From NCBI GenBank assembly GCA_030650605.1, contig JAUSDP010000035.1, forward strand, positions 1-63,425: a DNA stretch of 63,425 nt, given 5' to 3'. The position numbers and the translations under genes were made by a program. Numbering within the stretch: the stretch's first letter is position 1; every line of letters starts with the position of its first letter. The notes beneath the pieces are model-generated. The model did not search any database, had not been told where the DNA came from, and saw only the letters and a program-made list of their open reading frames with translations. The stretch comes from a bacterium. GTDB taxonomy: Bacteria; Patescibacteriota; Minisyncoccia; Phycocordibacterales; Zambryskibacteraceae. Below, piece by piece: positions 45,679 through 53,892 of this stretch.

Positions 45679-47565
45679 TTAAAATTCCTCAAGTGTTGGG
45701 TCGAAGTTGATATATATCAAGCCGGGATCGCCATTACCTACAGTACCGTTGCAGGAAGTTACTAAAGAATTATCGTCGGTCACTGTGGCAATAGCAGTTT
45801 TCTGACCGATAGTGCTGTACACAATGCTGAACGAATGTGTGTTTGGTGCCGGACTAGTCGGTATATTAGTACCGCTCCATGAGTAAGCGAAAGGTGGTGT
45901 TCCTCCAGATGGCATTGCTGTCCAGATAACAGTATGCCCAAGTAAGGCTGTCCCGGATGGATTAGATACACAAGAAACTGTCGGCCCGGGAGGAGTAGAA
46001 ACATTTACAGTCACACTGTCACTAGCACTTCCACCCGGTCCTGAACAATTTAAAATATAGGTTTTTGACGAAGTGAGTTGGTTTGTAGATTGCGATCCAG
46101 AAATTCCGGTCCAACCTGTTGGCGAGACAGTACAACTCGTGGCGTTACCTGATGACCAAGAAATAGTAGCGTCAGTATTGTAATCAATAGTAATGGGTCC
46201 ATTGGTACCATTAGCTCTAATGTCTGCGGTAACTGTGGAAGAAGTATAATGCCACCATAAATCGGCAAATCCTCCAGCCGGGACATTTACTGTAGCCGTA
46301 TTACCCGGAGTCGGGACGTTATTATGGCAAGTTGTTTCATTGTAGCAAAGAGTATGTCCAACACTCCATCCAGCCGGAACACTCACAGAAACCGTATGAT
46401 TGCCTACAGATGTATTATTAAAAAAGTAGGGATTTAAATTTGTTTGCGAACCTGAAGCAAATTCAATCCTTGGATCAAAACCTGTAGAATCGAAGGTGTT
46501 TCCACCATTATCATTGACTTGAAAATCAATGTTGTCACCCGATGATACAGGTGTGTTTAAATCATAACTTTTCGTGTTATTGAAGATGGCTTGTTGCCAC
46601 AAATTAACGCCGTTTTTCTTTATAGTCACTAACACTCCATTACCTCCGCCGGCAGCAGCATCAAATACACTGCCAGTGATATGCGCATTACCAGAACCCG
46701 GCGCGGTCCAGCGACGTACAGCATCTCTACTTCCGCCACAACTGCCAGGATGGGCACCCAAATTCCAAATTATATTATTATTCAAGAAACCACAAAATGT
46801 GGTAGTGTCAGACCATCTATTATTTCCAGAATCGTAAAACATAGCACCTGTAACACCACCTATAGAAAAAAGATATGACCAATTATTCTGACCCTGCGTG
46901 GAAGAAAAATCAGTAGAAGCCTGATATGTATTATTGCTAGGGATATCAAGAGTCACGGTCTCATTGGCGGGAGGCACGGCTGTTTGATTATTACCAGGCA
47001 TTAACACTTTGTATCCTTGAATAGTTCCGGTTGTCGGCGCGGCACTACAACTCAAAGCTCCTATAGAACCAGTTGAGTAAGTAGACCAAATGTTTACGTT
47101 ATCATCTTCCCCATGCGCACCGCGCACTCTAAATTCATAAGTATGCGGAGCATTGCTTACAACCCCGTTCCATGTTGGAGCGTAAAGTGTTCCACTAAAG
47201 CCACATGCTTCACCCGCAGGTCCAGTACCACTGGTACCACTTTGGTTAAATTTGCATACGTGAACGCCATCTATCCATAGACTCCAATTACCTACCTGGT
47301 ACATATTAGCTTCAATGTCCGCGGCCGGGATACTGATAGACACATTCAATTGGCTCGGACCGTTACAGCTCGCGGTCGGAGCTGAAGACCCACAAGCTGG
47401 CGAGGAGAGGCCATTACCAGTTTGGTCTACCCACGAAGTAGAGTTGGCAGACAAAAAATTAGAAGCCGTAGGTAGTGGAGAAAAATAGAGAATCCCACTC
47501 GAGAGAAGTAATCCGAAGGTTAATATAAAAAGGGCATATCTTCGATGCTTACTTTTGTTTCGCAT
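45679..47565 (-). CDS. secreted surface protein with C-terminal Ig/PKD-like modules
   Basis: Signal/anchor ALFILTFGLLLSSGILYF. A G/N/T/S/W-rich beta region. Same C-terminal module as 43398-45647. Confidence 0.5.
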   Translation of the reverse strand: MRNKSKHRRYALFILTFGLLLSSGILYFSPLPTASNFLSANSTSWVDQTGNGLSSPACGSSAPTASCNGPSQLNVSISIPAADIEANMYQVGNWSLWIDGVHVCKFNQSGTSGTGPAGEACGFSGTLYAPTWNGVVSNAPHTYEFRVRGAHGEDDNVNIWSTYSTGSIGALSCSAAPTTGTIQGYKVLMPGNNQTAVPPANETVTLDIPSNNTYQASTDFSSTQGQNNWSYLFSIGGVTGAMFYDSGNNRWSDTTTFCGFLNNNIIWNLGAHPGSCGGSRDAVRRWTAPGSGNAHITGSVFDAAAGGGNGVLVTIKKNGVNLWQQAIFNNTKSYDLNTPVSSGDNIDFQVNDNGGNTFDSTGFDPRIEFASGSQTNLNPYFFNNTSVGNHTVSVSVPAGWSVGHTLCYNETTCHNNVPTPGNTATVNVPAGGFADLWWHYTSSTVTADIRANGTNGPITIDYNTDATISWSSGNATSCTVSPTGWTGISGSQSTNQLTSSKTYILNCSGPGGSASDSVTVNVSTPPGPTVSCVSNPSGTALLGHTVIWTAMPSGGTPPFAYSWSGTNIPTSPAPNTHSFSIVYSTIGQKTAIATVTDDNSLVTSCNGTVGNGDPGLIYINFDPTLEEF

Positions 47566-47631
47566 ATCGTCTTAATAATAACCTTTATTAACAAGATTGG
47601 CGATAAAAGTTGTCCACAACAATCTAAAAGT

Positions 47632-48420
47632 CTAATTTCCCCCCAAGTACCGCGCTTTTGTTAAATTAGCCTCTACCGCCGCCTTAAAGGATTCAAACCC
47701 TTTTGTGGCCGATTTTCTACTATTGCCCGGATAGGCCTTATACCATTCCGAAAGTGGCATATCTTTGGCAATCTCTTTCGCTCTTAAAAATGCTTCTTCC
47801 GCTTCTTTATAATTCTTTAAATTTAAATATGCCACACCCAAACTATTTTGAAGCCAAACATTTTTAGGAGCCTCGGGGAGTTTCTCAAACGCTTCTTGAA
47901 GTGCCTTAAGTGCTTCCGTATATTTTTCTTCTTTTGCCAATACCCAGGCCAAATCGTTCCAGCCAGCCCATTCAGACGGAGACCACTCGATAAAGTGGCG
48001 GAAATCGACTTCGGCCTCGGCAAGTTTGTCGGAAAAACCGTAGATTAGTCCCCTAACGTAGAGTGAACGCAAATTTTCCGGATGATATTCAAGCTCTTTA
48101 TTTATCGCTTCCAACGCAAGTTCCGTCTGTCCTTTTATAAAATAAATTCTGGCTAACTGATAATTAGCGAGGGCAAATTTTGGATCAATCTCTAATACCC
48201 TCTTGAATGCTACTTCCGCCATATCTAAATCATATTTCCCAGCTCCGAAATAATAATTACCAATTTCATAAGCTAATCCCGCATCATTCTTATCAAGACG
48301 TAGTGCGATTAACGGACTTTGAAAATTCCGCCACACATTTTCAGCCAGCGCGTCTCGCGAAAACAAAAACCCAAACACCAAAACCGCGAAAATGGATGCC
48401 CAAATGTGCCAAGATTTCAT
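47632..48420 (-). CDS. secreted TPR-repeat protein
   Basis: Signal peptide WASIFAVLVFGFLFSRDALA. Several TPR-like A-x-x-x-F-x-x-A-L..P repeats. Confidence 0.65.
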   Translation of the reverse strand: MKSWHIWASIFAVLVFGFLFSRDALAENVWRNFQSPLIALRLDKNDAGLAYEIGNYYFGAGKYDLDMAEVAFKRVLEIDPKFALANYQLARIYFIKGQTELALEAINKELEYHPENLRSLYVRGLIYGFSDKLAEAEVDFRHFIEWSPSEWAGWNDLAWVLAKEEKYTEALKALQEAFEKLPEAPKNVWLQNSLGVAYLNLKNYKEAEEAFLRAKEIAKDMPLSEWYKAYPGNSRKSATKGFESFKAAVEANLTKARYLGGN

Positions 48421-48662
48421 TTCGGATGTTTTTTAATATCAAGCAAAATATAGGCGTCACCTTGAATTAGAAAATAAAACCTTATACTTTTGCCAACTCG
48501 CGCCTGCCAGATTCCCTTAGATTCGTCGTACTTTTTCGTACGGAGCGACGGATGGCGTAGGTTGCGAAGAAGAAATTTTAAGTTACGCCAGAATTTGGTC
48601 CGTATTTTAGGTGGAAATAATTCCAAGTTTTCGGAAAGCCTAGGATGAAGTATATACTTCAT
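48417..48662 (-). CDS. RelE/ParE-superfamily toxin
   Basis: 81 aa, ...HPSLRTKKYDESKGIWQARVGKSIRFYFLIQGDAYILLDIKKHPK. 4-nt overlaps with both neighbours. Confidence 0.55.
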   Translation of the reverse strand: MKYILHPRLSENLELFPPKIRTKFWRNLKFLLRNLRHPSLRTKKYDESKGIWQARVGKSIRFYFLIQGDAYILLDIKKHPK

Positions 48663-48961
48663 CTCTTAGGTTTCGCAACTTTCTTTGACTTAAGAAAGGC
48701 AATTCCTTCTTCTGTTGTTTCAAAAGGACCATAATGTCTCCCTTCCTTGTACTCTTTCAGCGCTTCCGTGAGCTCCAGATCCAAAGAATCGTAAAATTGT
48801 TCATGTCGCTTGGGAATGCGAAAGGATTTTGAGCGTCGCACAACAATATCCTTTTTATCCAAACCTTTCTGAACGCCCAAAAGCTTCTCATACTCCCGAC
48901 GAGGGATGGCTACTAAATCATCATTTTTTATTAGCTTTTTCGAAATAGTTATTGTAACCAT
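48659..48961 (-). CDS. antitoxin partner of 48417-48662
   Basis: 100 aa, MVTITISKKLIKNDDLVAIPRREYEKLL.. (AbrB/SpoVT-like N-terminus). Overlaps the toxin start. Confidence 0.45.
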   Translation of the reverse strand: MVTITISKKLIKNDDLVAIPRREYEKLLGVQKGLDKKDIVVRRSKSFRIPKRHEQFYDSLDLELTEALKEYKEGRHYGPFETTEEGIAFLKSKKVAKPKR

Positions 48962-49036
48962 ATTGCTACATCCTATATTACAGGATTCAAAAAGTCAAAA
49001 CTGCGAATATAGATATCCGGATGTGCCAATATTTTT

Positions 49037-49120
49037 TCATCGATAAATATCGTGTGTGCCAATTTCTAAAAACAAAACTTCATTCTTGGCAAGGAATATA
49101 AATTTAATACGAATGGCAAT
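49037..49120 (-). pseudogene. relic of a RelE/YafQ-like toxin (C-terminal 27 codons only)
   Basis: The minus strand translates IAIRIKFIFLAKNEVLFLEIGTHDIYR*. This matches YRIKFIFLAEEEVLFLDVGTHDIYK* at the end of the intact toxin 10225-10497. No N-terminal part or start codon. Confidence 0.7.
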
Positions 49121-49367
49121 CATGAAAAGCCCGTCGCTTTCCATAAATCTTCAGAGCCTCTTTCAATGATTTGGCTTTTATCGTCTTTCCCGCCTTGTAT
49201 TCTTTGAGCCCCTCTTCAACTAAACGGTCGAGTTTCTCGGCATCTTTGCCATATAAATAATGCGTAGGAATACTCTGCTGAAGCAATTTTTTATACTCTA
49301 GAATCGGCAAAACAACCACGCCTTTTTCTTTCTCTATTTTTACTTTTTGAATGGTTACACCGGACAT
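49104..49367 (-). CDS. orphan antitoxin (paralog of 10472-10720)
   Basis: ...EKGVVVLPILEYKKLLQQSIPTHYLYGKDAEKLDRLVEEGLKEYKAGKTIKAKSLKEALKIYGK is collinear with 10472-10720. The C-terminal tail diverges where the toxin deletion begins. Confidence 0.55.
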   Translation of the reverse strand: MSGVTIQKVKIEKEKGVVVLPILEYKKLLQQSIPTHYLYGKDAEKLDRLVEEGLKEYKAGKTIKAKSLKEALKIYGKRRAFHDCHSY

Positions 49368-49458
49368 GCCGCTATTTTACATTAATCATACGAATTTACG
49401 CAAGCCGGACGACAATTTAGGCTGTGGGTAAATACTTGCTCTCGCGATCTTATCTAAA

Positions 49459-49791
49459 TTATTTCTTAACCTTAATTCCCAACTCTCTCCAAATATCATC
49501 CTCGCTATATAAATTACTCTCTAATCCATAAGTAAGTATCTTCTTGAAAATATCTCTCTGTATTTCTTGGCGCATGTCTTTGACAAGCGTAACAATACAA
49601 CACCTCTTTTCTTCCGGAGGGCAATTTTGCTTGTAAACAACGGCATGAGACCCCCTCCCGTATTCGGTGCTAACTACCAGACCAAGTTTTTCACAAACCT
49701 CAATCCACTTCTTTTGATTATTATTTTTTATCCTGTCAACAAGTTCACCTCGTTGAATCTTCGTTTCTCTATACTTGTCCCATTCCTGCAT
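49459..49791 (-). CDS. hicA: HicA-like toxin
   Basis: Start taken at MQEWDKY (ATG at 49791). KLGLVVSTEYGRGSHAVVYK resembles the HicA G-[FW]-x-x-x-R-x-x-GSH core. Confidence 0.45.
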   Translation of the reverse strand: MQEWDKYRETKIQRGELVDRIKNNNQKKWIEVCEKLGLVVSTEYGRGSHAVVYKQNCPPEEKRCCIVTLVKDMRQEIQRDIFKKILTYGLESNLYSEDDIWRELGIKVKK

Positions 49792-50122
49792 ATTGCTCTC
49801 TAGCGAAAGTGGATTGGAACAATGCCATATCAACAGAGCTCTCTATTTCAGTAATCCGTTTAGGAATAACTGGATTTACGCTCCAAATGCGTTTGAGCAT
49901 TCCGTCAGCGTGTTCGGCTGGGATTCCGGCAGCAGTAAGAATTGCGTCTTGTAAAAGGTCTTCCATCACGGCCAGATCGTACCCTGTCCCCCCAGTTATA
50001 ATCCCGTCAATTTCATTACACTGGGCAACCCAGTGGTCAGTGGGATATTTCTTTATGGTAAAAGTAAGGACATCATTCCCCATGAACTGTTCTAATCTTT
50101 TTTTTGCTTGTTCTTTAGTCAT
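49769..50122 (-). CDS. hicB: HicB-like antitoxin (UPF0150 fold)
   Basis: LTFTIKKYPTDHWVAQCNEIDGIITGGTGYDLAVMEDLLQDAI matches the HicB N-terminal pattern (F.....DG.[YW].A.C.E..G....G.T..E). Confidence 0.5.
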   Translation of the reverse strand: MTKEQAKKRLEQFMGNDVLTFTIKKYPTDHWVAQCNEIDGIITGGTGYDLAVMEDLLQDAILTAAGIPAEHADGMLKRIWSVNPVIPKRITEIESSVDMALFQSTFAREQYAGMGQV

Positions 50123-50209
50123 AATTGGTACTCCAAACTACATACCATACTCTCTTCTGATTGATTCTATAATACTATATCAGAACACCAGTAAATACAA
50201 TAGTTCATA

Positions 50210-50296
50210 GGGATATTGCCAGGATAAGCACGGCCAATACTATAAACTAATTCCGCGTCACTCCGACCAAAATGTAGCGCGATTAATGGGTTTCCT
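50210..50296 (-). pseudogene. relic of a TPR-protein paralog (N-terminal fragment)
   Basis: The minus strand translates GNPLIALHFGRSDAELVYSIGRAY.., compared with SPLIALRLDKNDAGLAYEIGNYY in 47632-48420. No start, and it runs into a stop. Confidence 0.35.
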
Positions 50297-50328
50297 CATA
50301 TGCAAGGCAAGACCTTGCAGGTTACTCA

Positions 50329-50586
50329 TTAACATCCACCATCACCACCATCACCACCATCACCATCATCACCAGCATCACCTGTACCATCACCTGTACC
50401 ATCACCTGCGACATCAGCATTGACTCTGGGAATTTGTGAGAATAATTTGTTCAGATCATCTTTGGACAACCTCTTGGCATCAGGTGATTTATCAGAATGC
50501 CAACCGGATACCCCGCGTAAAAATGCAAATGCGATAAAAACGGTGCCTAAAATTACATATTTGAATAATCTAAAAACTTTCTTCAT
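50329..50586 (-). CDS. small secreted/anchored protein with an acidic Gly-Asp repeat tail ending in Cys
   Basis: N-terminal hydrophobic segment YVILGTVFIAFAFL. C-terminus ADVAGDGTGDGTGDAGDDGDGGDGGDGGC*. Lies 4 nt downstream of 50591-51868. Confidence 0.5.
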   Translation of the reverse strand: MKKVFRLFKYVILGTVFIAFAFLRGVSGWHSDKSPDAKRLSKDDLNKLFSQIPRVNADVAGDGTGDGTGDAGDDGDGGDGGDGGC

Positions 50587-50590
50587 TTTT

Positions 50591-51868
50591 TTATTTTATC
50601 ATGCTTTTCCCGCCCATACATTTTATGGTACGTGGAATTTTATGATCACGTAATTCCGATAAAGTCGTTAACACATACTCACTCGTAGGATCCATATTAA
50701 AATAAGGTTGATAAGCTAAAATTGCTTCAGCATATCTACCTTCATACTGATAGGTACGCATGATCATCTCGTACAGATAAGGCATTTGGCCGTTGATGAT
50801 TTTCTCAGATCTTCTTGACTCATCGTTTGTAATTGAATCATCAGTTATAAATTCAAATCCCTCTACGGTCTTGTCCAAATCTTTATTTAATGGCAAAAGC
50901 TCATTCACAAATATATCACGTGCCTTTGATACTTCGCCTATATGCATCAGAGATTTTGCTCTCCATAATTTATTCCTGAATTGGAACAACGGTGACATAA
51001 GTTCAAATGCTGAATTATTCAACACCTCATCTCTATACTGAATTGACTCCTTAGTTAATTCTATATATTTATTAACCTGTTCCAATGTGGGAATATCAGA
51101 TAATTCTCTACAAAATGCGTCTGCTGTAGCAGAAGCCGCTCTCGCTCTTCCAGCTGCGCCAATTATGGCATCAGCATTTTCCATGACCCTTGATCGTTCT
51201 GGGTATGACAAATTATTTCCTGGTTTAAGCAAGTCTTGTGCAAGAGTATCTTTCGGCCAAACTACAAGCATCCTTCTGGCACCCGGGATAAACAATTTTT
51301 CGAAATCACCGTACGAAAATACATAATTATTCCCCAAACTTGCGTCATGCACAATTACTTCTTTTTTATCATCAAATACACCGATAACCACTCTCCAACC
51401 AAATCTCTCTATATCATCACTTTTTGTATCAAGTCGCTTTTGTTGAATTACAATTACTGGAATATCTTTACTTATATATTTCTTGATCTCATTAATTTCT
51501 TTACCTCTTTTTGAAGCAAAACCTAAGCTGAAAGTGTTATACCCTTGGGCTTCAAAAAATGATAACGAATTCTGAAAATTGGATAAGTCGTCTGTGTCGT
51601 GTCGCGAATCAGGAAACTTTTTTTTGAGATCTCCAAACGATATTCTTTCATCGTGAAAATAACGAAGAACTGTCGCAACAGATATTGAAGAACTGGTAAA
51701 GTCCGGGTACAGGTTATATACACCGTAATAAGGTACTCCTTCAATTAAATGATTTACCGGCGACTCATAAGAAGTATAAAAATAATACCCAATAGCCCCA
51801 GCGATTACTACTAACAAAGACAGTAATAAAACTTTCGGATATTTTATTCCTTGAGACTCTTGATCCAT
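50591..51868 (-). CDS. membrane-anchored protein with a C-terminal TPR-like region (hypothetical)
   Basis: TM VLLLSLLVVIAGAIGYYFY. The N-terminal globular domain weakly resembles papain-like C39-type domains but lacks the expected Cys/His. TPR-like YQYEGRYAEAILAYQPYFNMDP near the C-terminus. Confidence 0.4.
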   Translation of the reverse strand: MDQESQGIKYPKVLLLSLLVVIAGAIGYYFYTSYESPVNHLIEGVPYYGVYNLYPDFTSSSISVATVLRYFHDERISFGDLKKKFPDSRHDTDDLSNFQNSLSFFEAQGYNTFSLGFASKRGKEINEIKKYISKDIPVIVIQQKRLDTKSDDIERFGWRVVIGVFDDKKEVIVHDASLGNNYVFSYGDFEKLFIPGARRMLVVWPKDTLAQDLLKPGNNLSYPERSRVMENADAIIGAAGRARAASATADAFCRELSDIPTLEQVNKYIELTKESIQYRDEVLNNSAFELMSPLFQFRNKLWRAKSLMHIGEVSKARDIFVNELLPLNKDLDKTVEGFEFITDDSITNDESRRSEKIINGQMPYLYEMIMRTYQYEGRYAEAILAYQPYFNMDPTSEYVLTTLSELRDHKIPRTIKCMGGKSMIK

Positions 51869-52012
51869 GTCACAATAATAACACTTAGCAATATATTTTC
51901 ACAGGAACATAAAATAATATATGTGTATAACCGCACCTTGATTTTATGAAGCTTATATGATAGGGTTCAGTTAGAATTGAGGATGGTAAAAATCGGTCAA
52001 AAGGAGGGTTCG

Positions 52013-52390
52013 ATGAAAAAATCAAATTTTCTGCTAGGTGTGTTGACGTTGGTAATGTTGGTGTCGGTCGGGTGTACTACCCATCTACCCGGTAATCCAA
52101 CACACGACTGGCTCAATGGAACGTGGATGACTCACAGAGCCTCCGGCTGGACCACGGAGCTCCGTCTGGAGGTGGTGGATGGAAATACCGTCATCGGCAC
52201 AAACATCCAAACAGCCCCGGACGGCAAATGGGGAAGTGGTGATGTGCGCGGGAAAGTAGAAAATGATAAGGTAAGTTTCGAAGTGTACTTTCCCCATTCC
52301 GGCAGGACTTACACTTACGCACTCATTCGTAAGGGAGACACGCTGGAAGGAAGAAGTTCCACAGGCAGCGTAATATTAAAGAGATCGTGA
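52013..52390 (+). CDS. lipoprotein (hypothetical)
   Basis: ATG at 52013 preceded by AAAAGGAGGGTTCG. Lipobox LVMLVSVGC. Terminator downstream. Confidence 0.6.
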   Translation: MKKSNFLLGVLTLVMLVSVGCTTHLPGNPTHDWLNGTWMTHRASGWTTELRLEVVDGNTVIGTNIQTAPDGKWGSGDVRGKVENDKVSFEVYFPHSGRTYTYALIRKGDTLEGRSSTGSVILKRS

Positions 52391-52405
52391 AGAAAAATCA
52401 GATTG

Positions 52406-52438
52406 CGGAGCTTCCAATTGTGGAAGCTCCGTTTTTTA
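52406..52438 (+). terminator. rho-independent terminator (overlaps the stop codon of the convergent gene)
   Basis: CGGAGCTTCCA-ATTG-TGGAAGCTCCG followed by TTTTTT. Confidence 0.8.
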
Positions 52439-53845
52439 TACGCAACTTACCTTTCCATATTCTTCCAACGAAACAAAAACTTTATTTTTTCCACTGTCAT
52501 AGTTTCCTATGTGATCAATTATTTTAATATCGATTTTAACTTTATTGTGTAATACACTTTCCATAATTGTTTCAGTGAGTTTTATTTTTTCGGAGCCAAT
52601 ATTTCTTCGTAGCACGATATTAATCTCCAGATAATCTTTCTTTTTTTGTATAATTTGATATTTTACTATGTTCTTTAATCCAATTTCTTTTACAAAAAGG
52701 GCTCGGAATAAAAGAATGTTAAAAGTGTTGTCATCAGGTAGTAAAATAACATCCTTTTGTCTTCCCTGTAATTCTAGAAGTGGGGAAAGTCTCCCGCATG
52801 AACACAGTTTCGATAATATCTTGCCCTTATCTCCACTTGAATACCGTATAATAGGCATTGCGGTTCTATCTAATACAGTTAAAACAATATTTCCTTCCTC
52901 ATCATTCTCAAGTTGCTTACCATCATCATCAACAATTTCTACCAATACACGTTCACGATAGATATGATAAAGACTACTACCTATATTAATTGGACATTTT
53001 TCTCCGACACTTCCAGACTCTTTGCAATTGTATTGAAAAGTTATGGGAACTCCGGTTGTGTCATAAATAAATCTTTCTTCTTCGGAAGAAATACCTTCTC
53101 CAGAAATATGGGCAATTAAAGGTAATGCTACCCCATCTTCTCTCGCATATTTCATTAATTCTAAAGCGATCGATGAATACGCAGAGAGACAAATAAAAGA
53201 ATTGTCAAGAATTTTGTTATATATTTCTTGTCTTGTTTTTTTATTGCTGATAGCGGAGTAAACATCAAGAGGAAAATATTCAGAAAAAGGAGACCAGAGT
53301 CCTGTTGATTTCCTCCCTATCAAAAGTACGAACTTTCGGCGCAAAAGCTCACCAATGCGCTGAATCTCGAACACATCAGGCTCAAAGACATATAAAAGTT
53401 CATTTCTGATCATATCAAATTCATCAATTCTCCCTCTTAGCGGAACGCCGGTAGTTCCACTTGTACAATAGTCTATGGTCGGAGCGTTATTATGTAAAAT
53501 AAGAGCAGTATCGCCCCATTCAATTAACGTTGCTTTATTTATAACCGGCAATTTAAATAGTTCAGCAAAAATATCACGAGATTGAATATCTAAAAAATAT
53601 TCGCGAAAACGCGCGCTCCAAAAAACAGAATCATTGTTTAGATGGGTGAGAAAATTCTTTAATCTTATTTGAGTAAGTTTATCAACTTTTTCCTGGGGCC
53701 AACGTTGAATTTCTTTTATTAGCTTCAATCTTGGCAAAAACCAGCTAATGAAAACCTCATTGCCCAACAGATTCTTTAAATTAATCGTTGCGGGCAATAA
53801 ATCATATAAGTTTTCAACCAAAATCTCTTTTTCTTCTTCATTCAT
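52436..53845 (-). CDS. PaaK/CapK-like adenylate-forming enzyme (F390-synthetase family), copy 1
   Basis: YCTSGTTGVPL (AMP-binding core), IIRYSSGDKG, and LCSCGRLSPLLELQGRQKD (C-x-C-G-R...GR motif of the PaaK family). Confidence 0.7.
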   Translation of the reverse strand: MNEEEKEILVENLYDLLPATINLKNLLGNEVFISWFLPRLKLIKEIQRWPQEKVDKLTQIRLKNFLTHLNNDSVFWSARFREYFLDIQSRDIFAELFKLPVINKATLIEWGDTALILHNNAPTIDYCTSGTTGVPLRGRIDEFDMIRNELLYVFEPDVFEIQRIGELLRRKFVLLIGRKSTGLWSPFSEYFPLDVYSAISNKKTRQEIYNKILDNSFICLSAYSSIALELMKYAREDGVALPLIAHISGEGISSEEERFIYDTTGVPITFQYNCKESGSVGEKCPINIGSSLYHIYRERVLVEIVDDDGKQLENDEEGNIVLTVLDRTAMPIIRYSSGDKGKILSKLCSCGRLSPLLELQGRQKDVILLPDDNTFNILLFRALFVKEIGLKNIVKYQIIQKKKDYLEINIVLRRNIGSEKIKLTETIMESVLHNKVKIDIKIIDHIGNYDSGKNKVFVSLEEYGKVSCV

Positions 53846-53892
53846 TTTCGTGAATATTAATCATATTAGGGTATTAGTATATACTATCTATT

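Noticed and set aside
43398-45960. Diversity-generating retroelement (a template/variable repeat pair in the two similar C-terminal modules)
   Set aside because: No reverse transcriptase is in the window. The two modules differ at all base types, by ordinary divergence, rather than at adenine-specific positions.
50329-50418. Short tandem repeats, possibly CRISPR- or satellite-like
   Set aside because: The repeats are 9-12 nt, contiguous, in frame and encode the GDG tail of a signal-bearing ORF. This is a coding microsatellite, not a spaced array.
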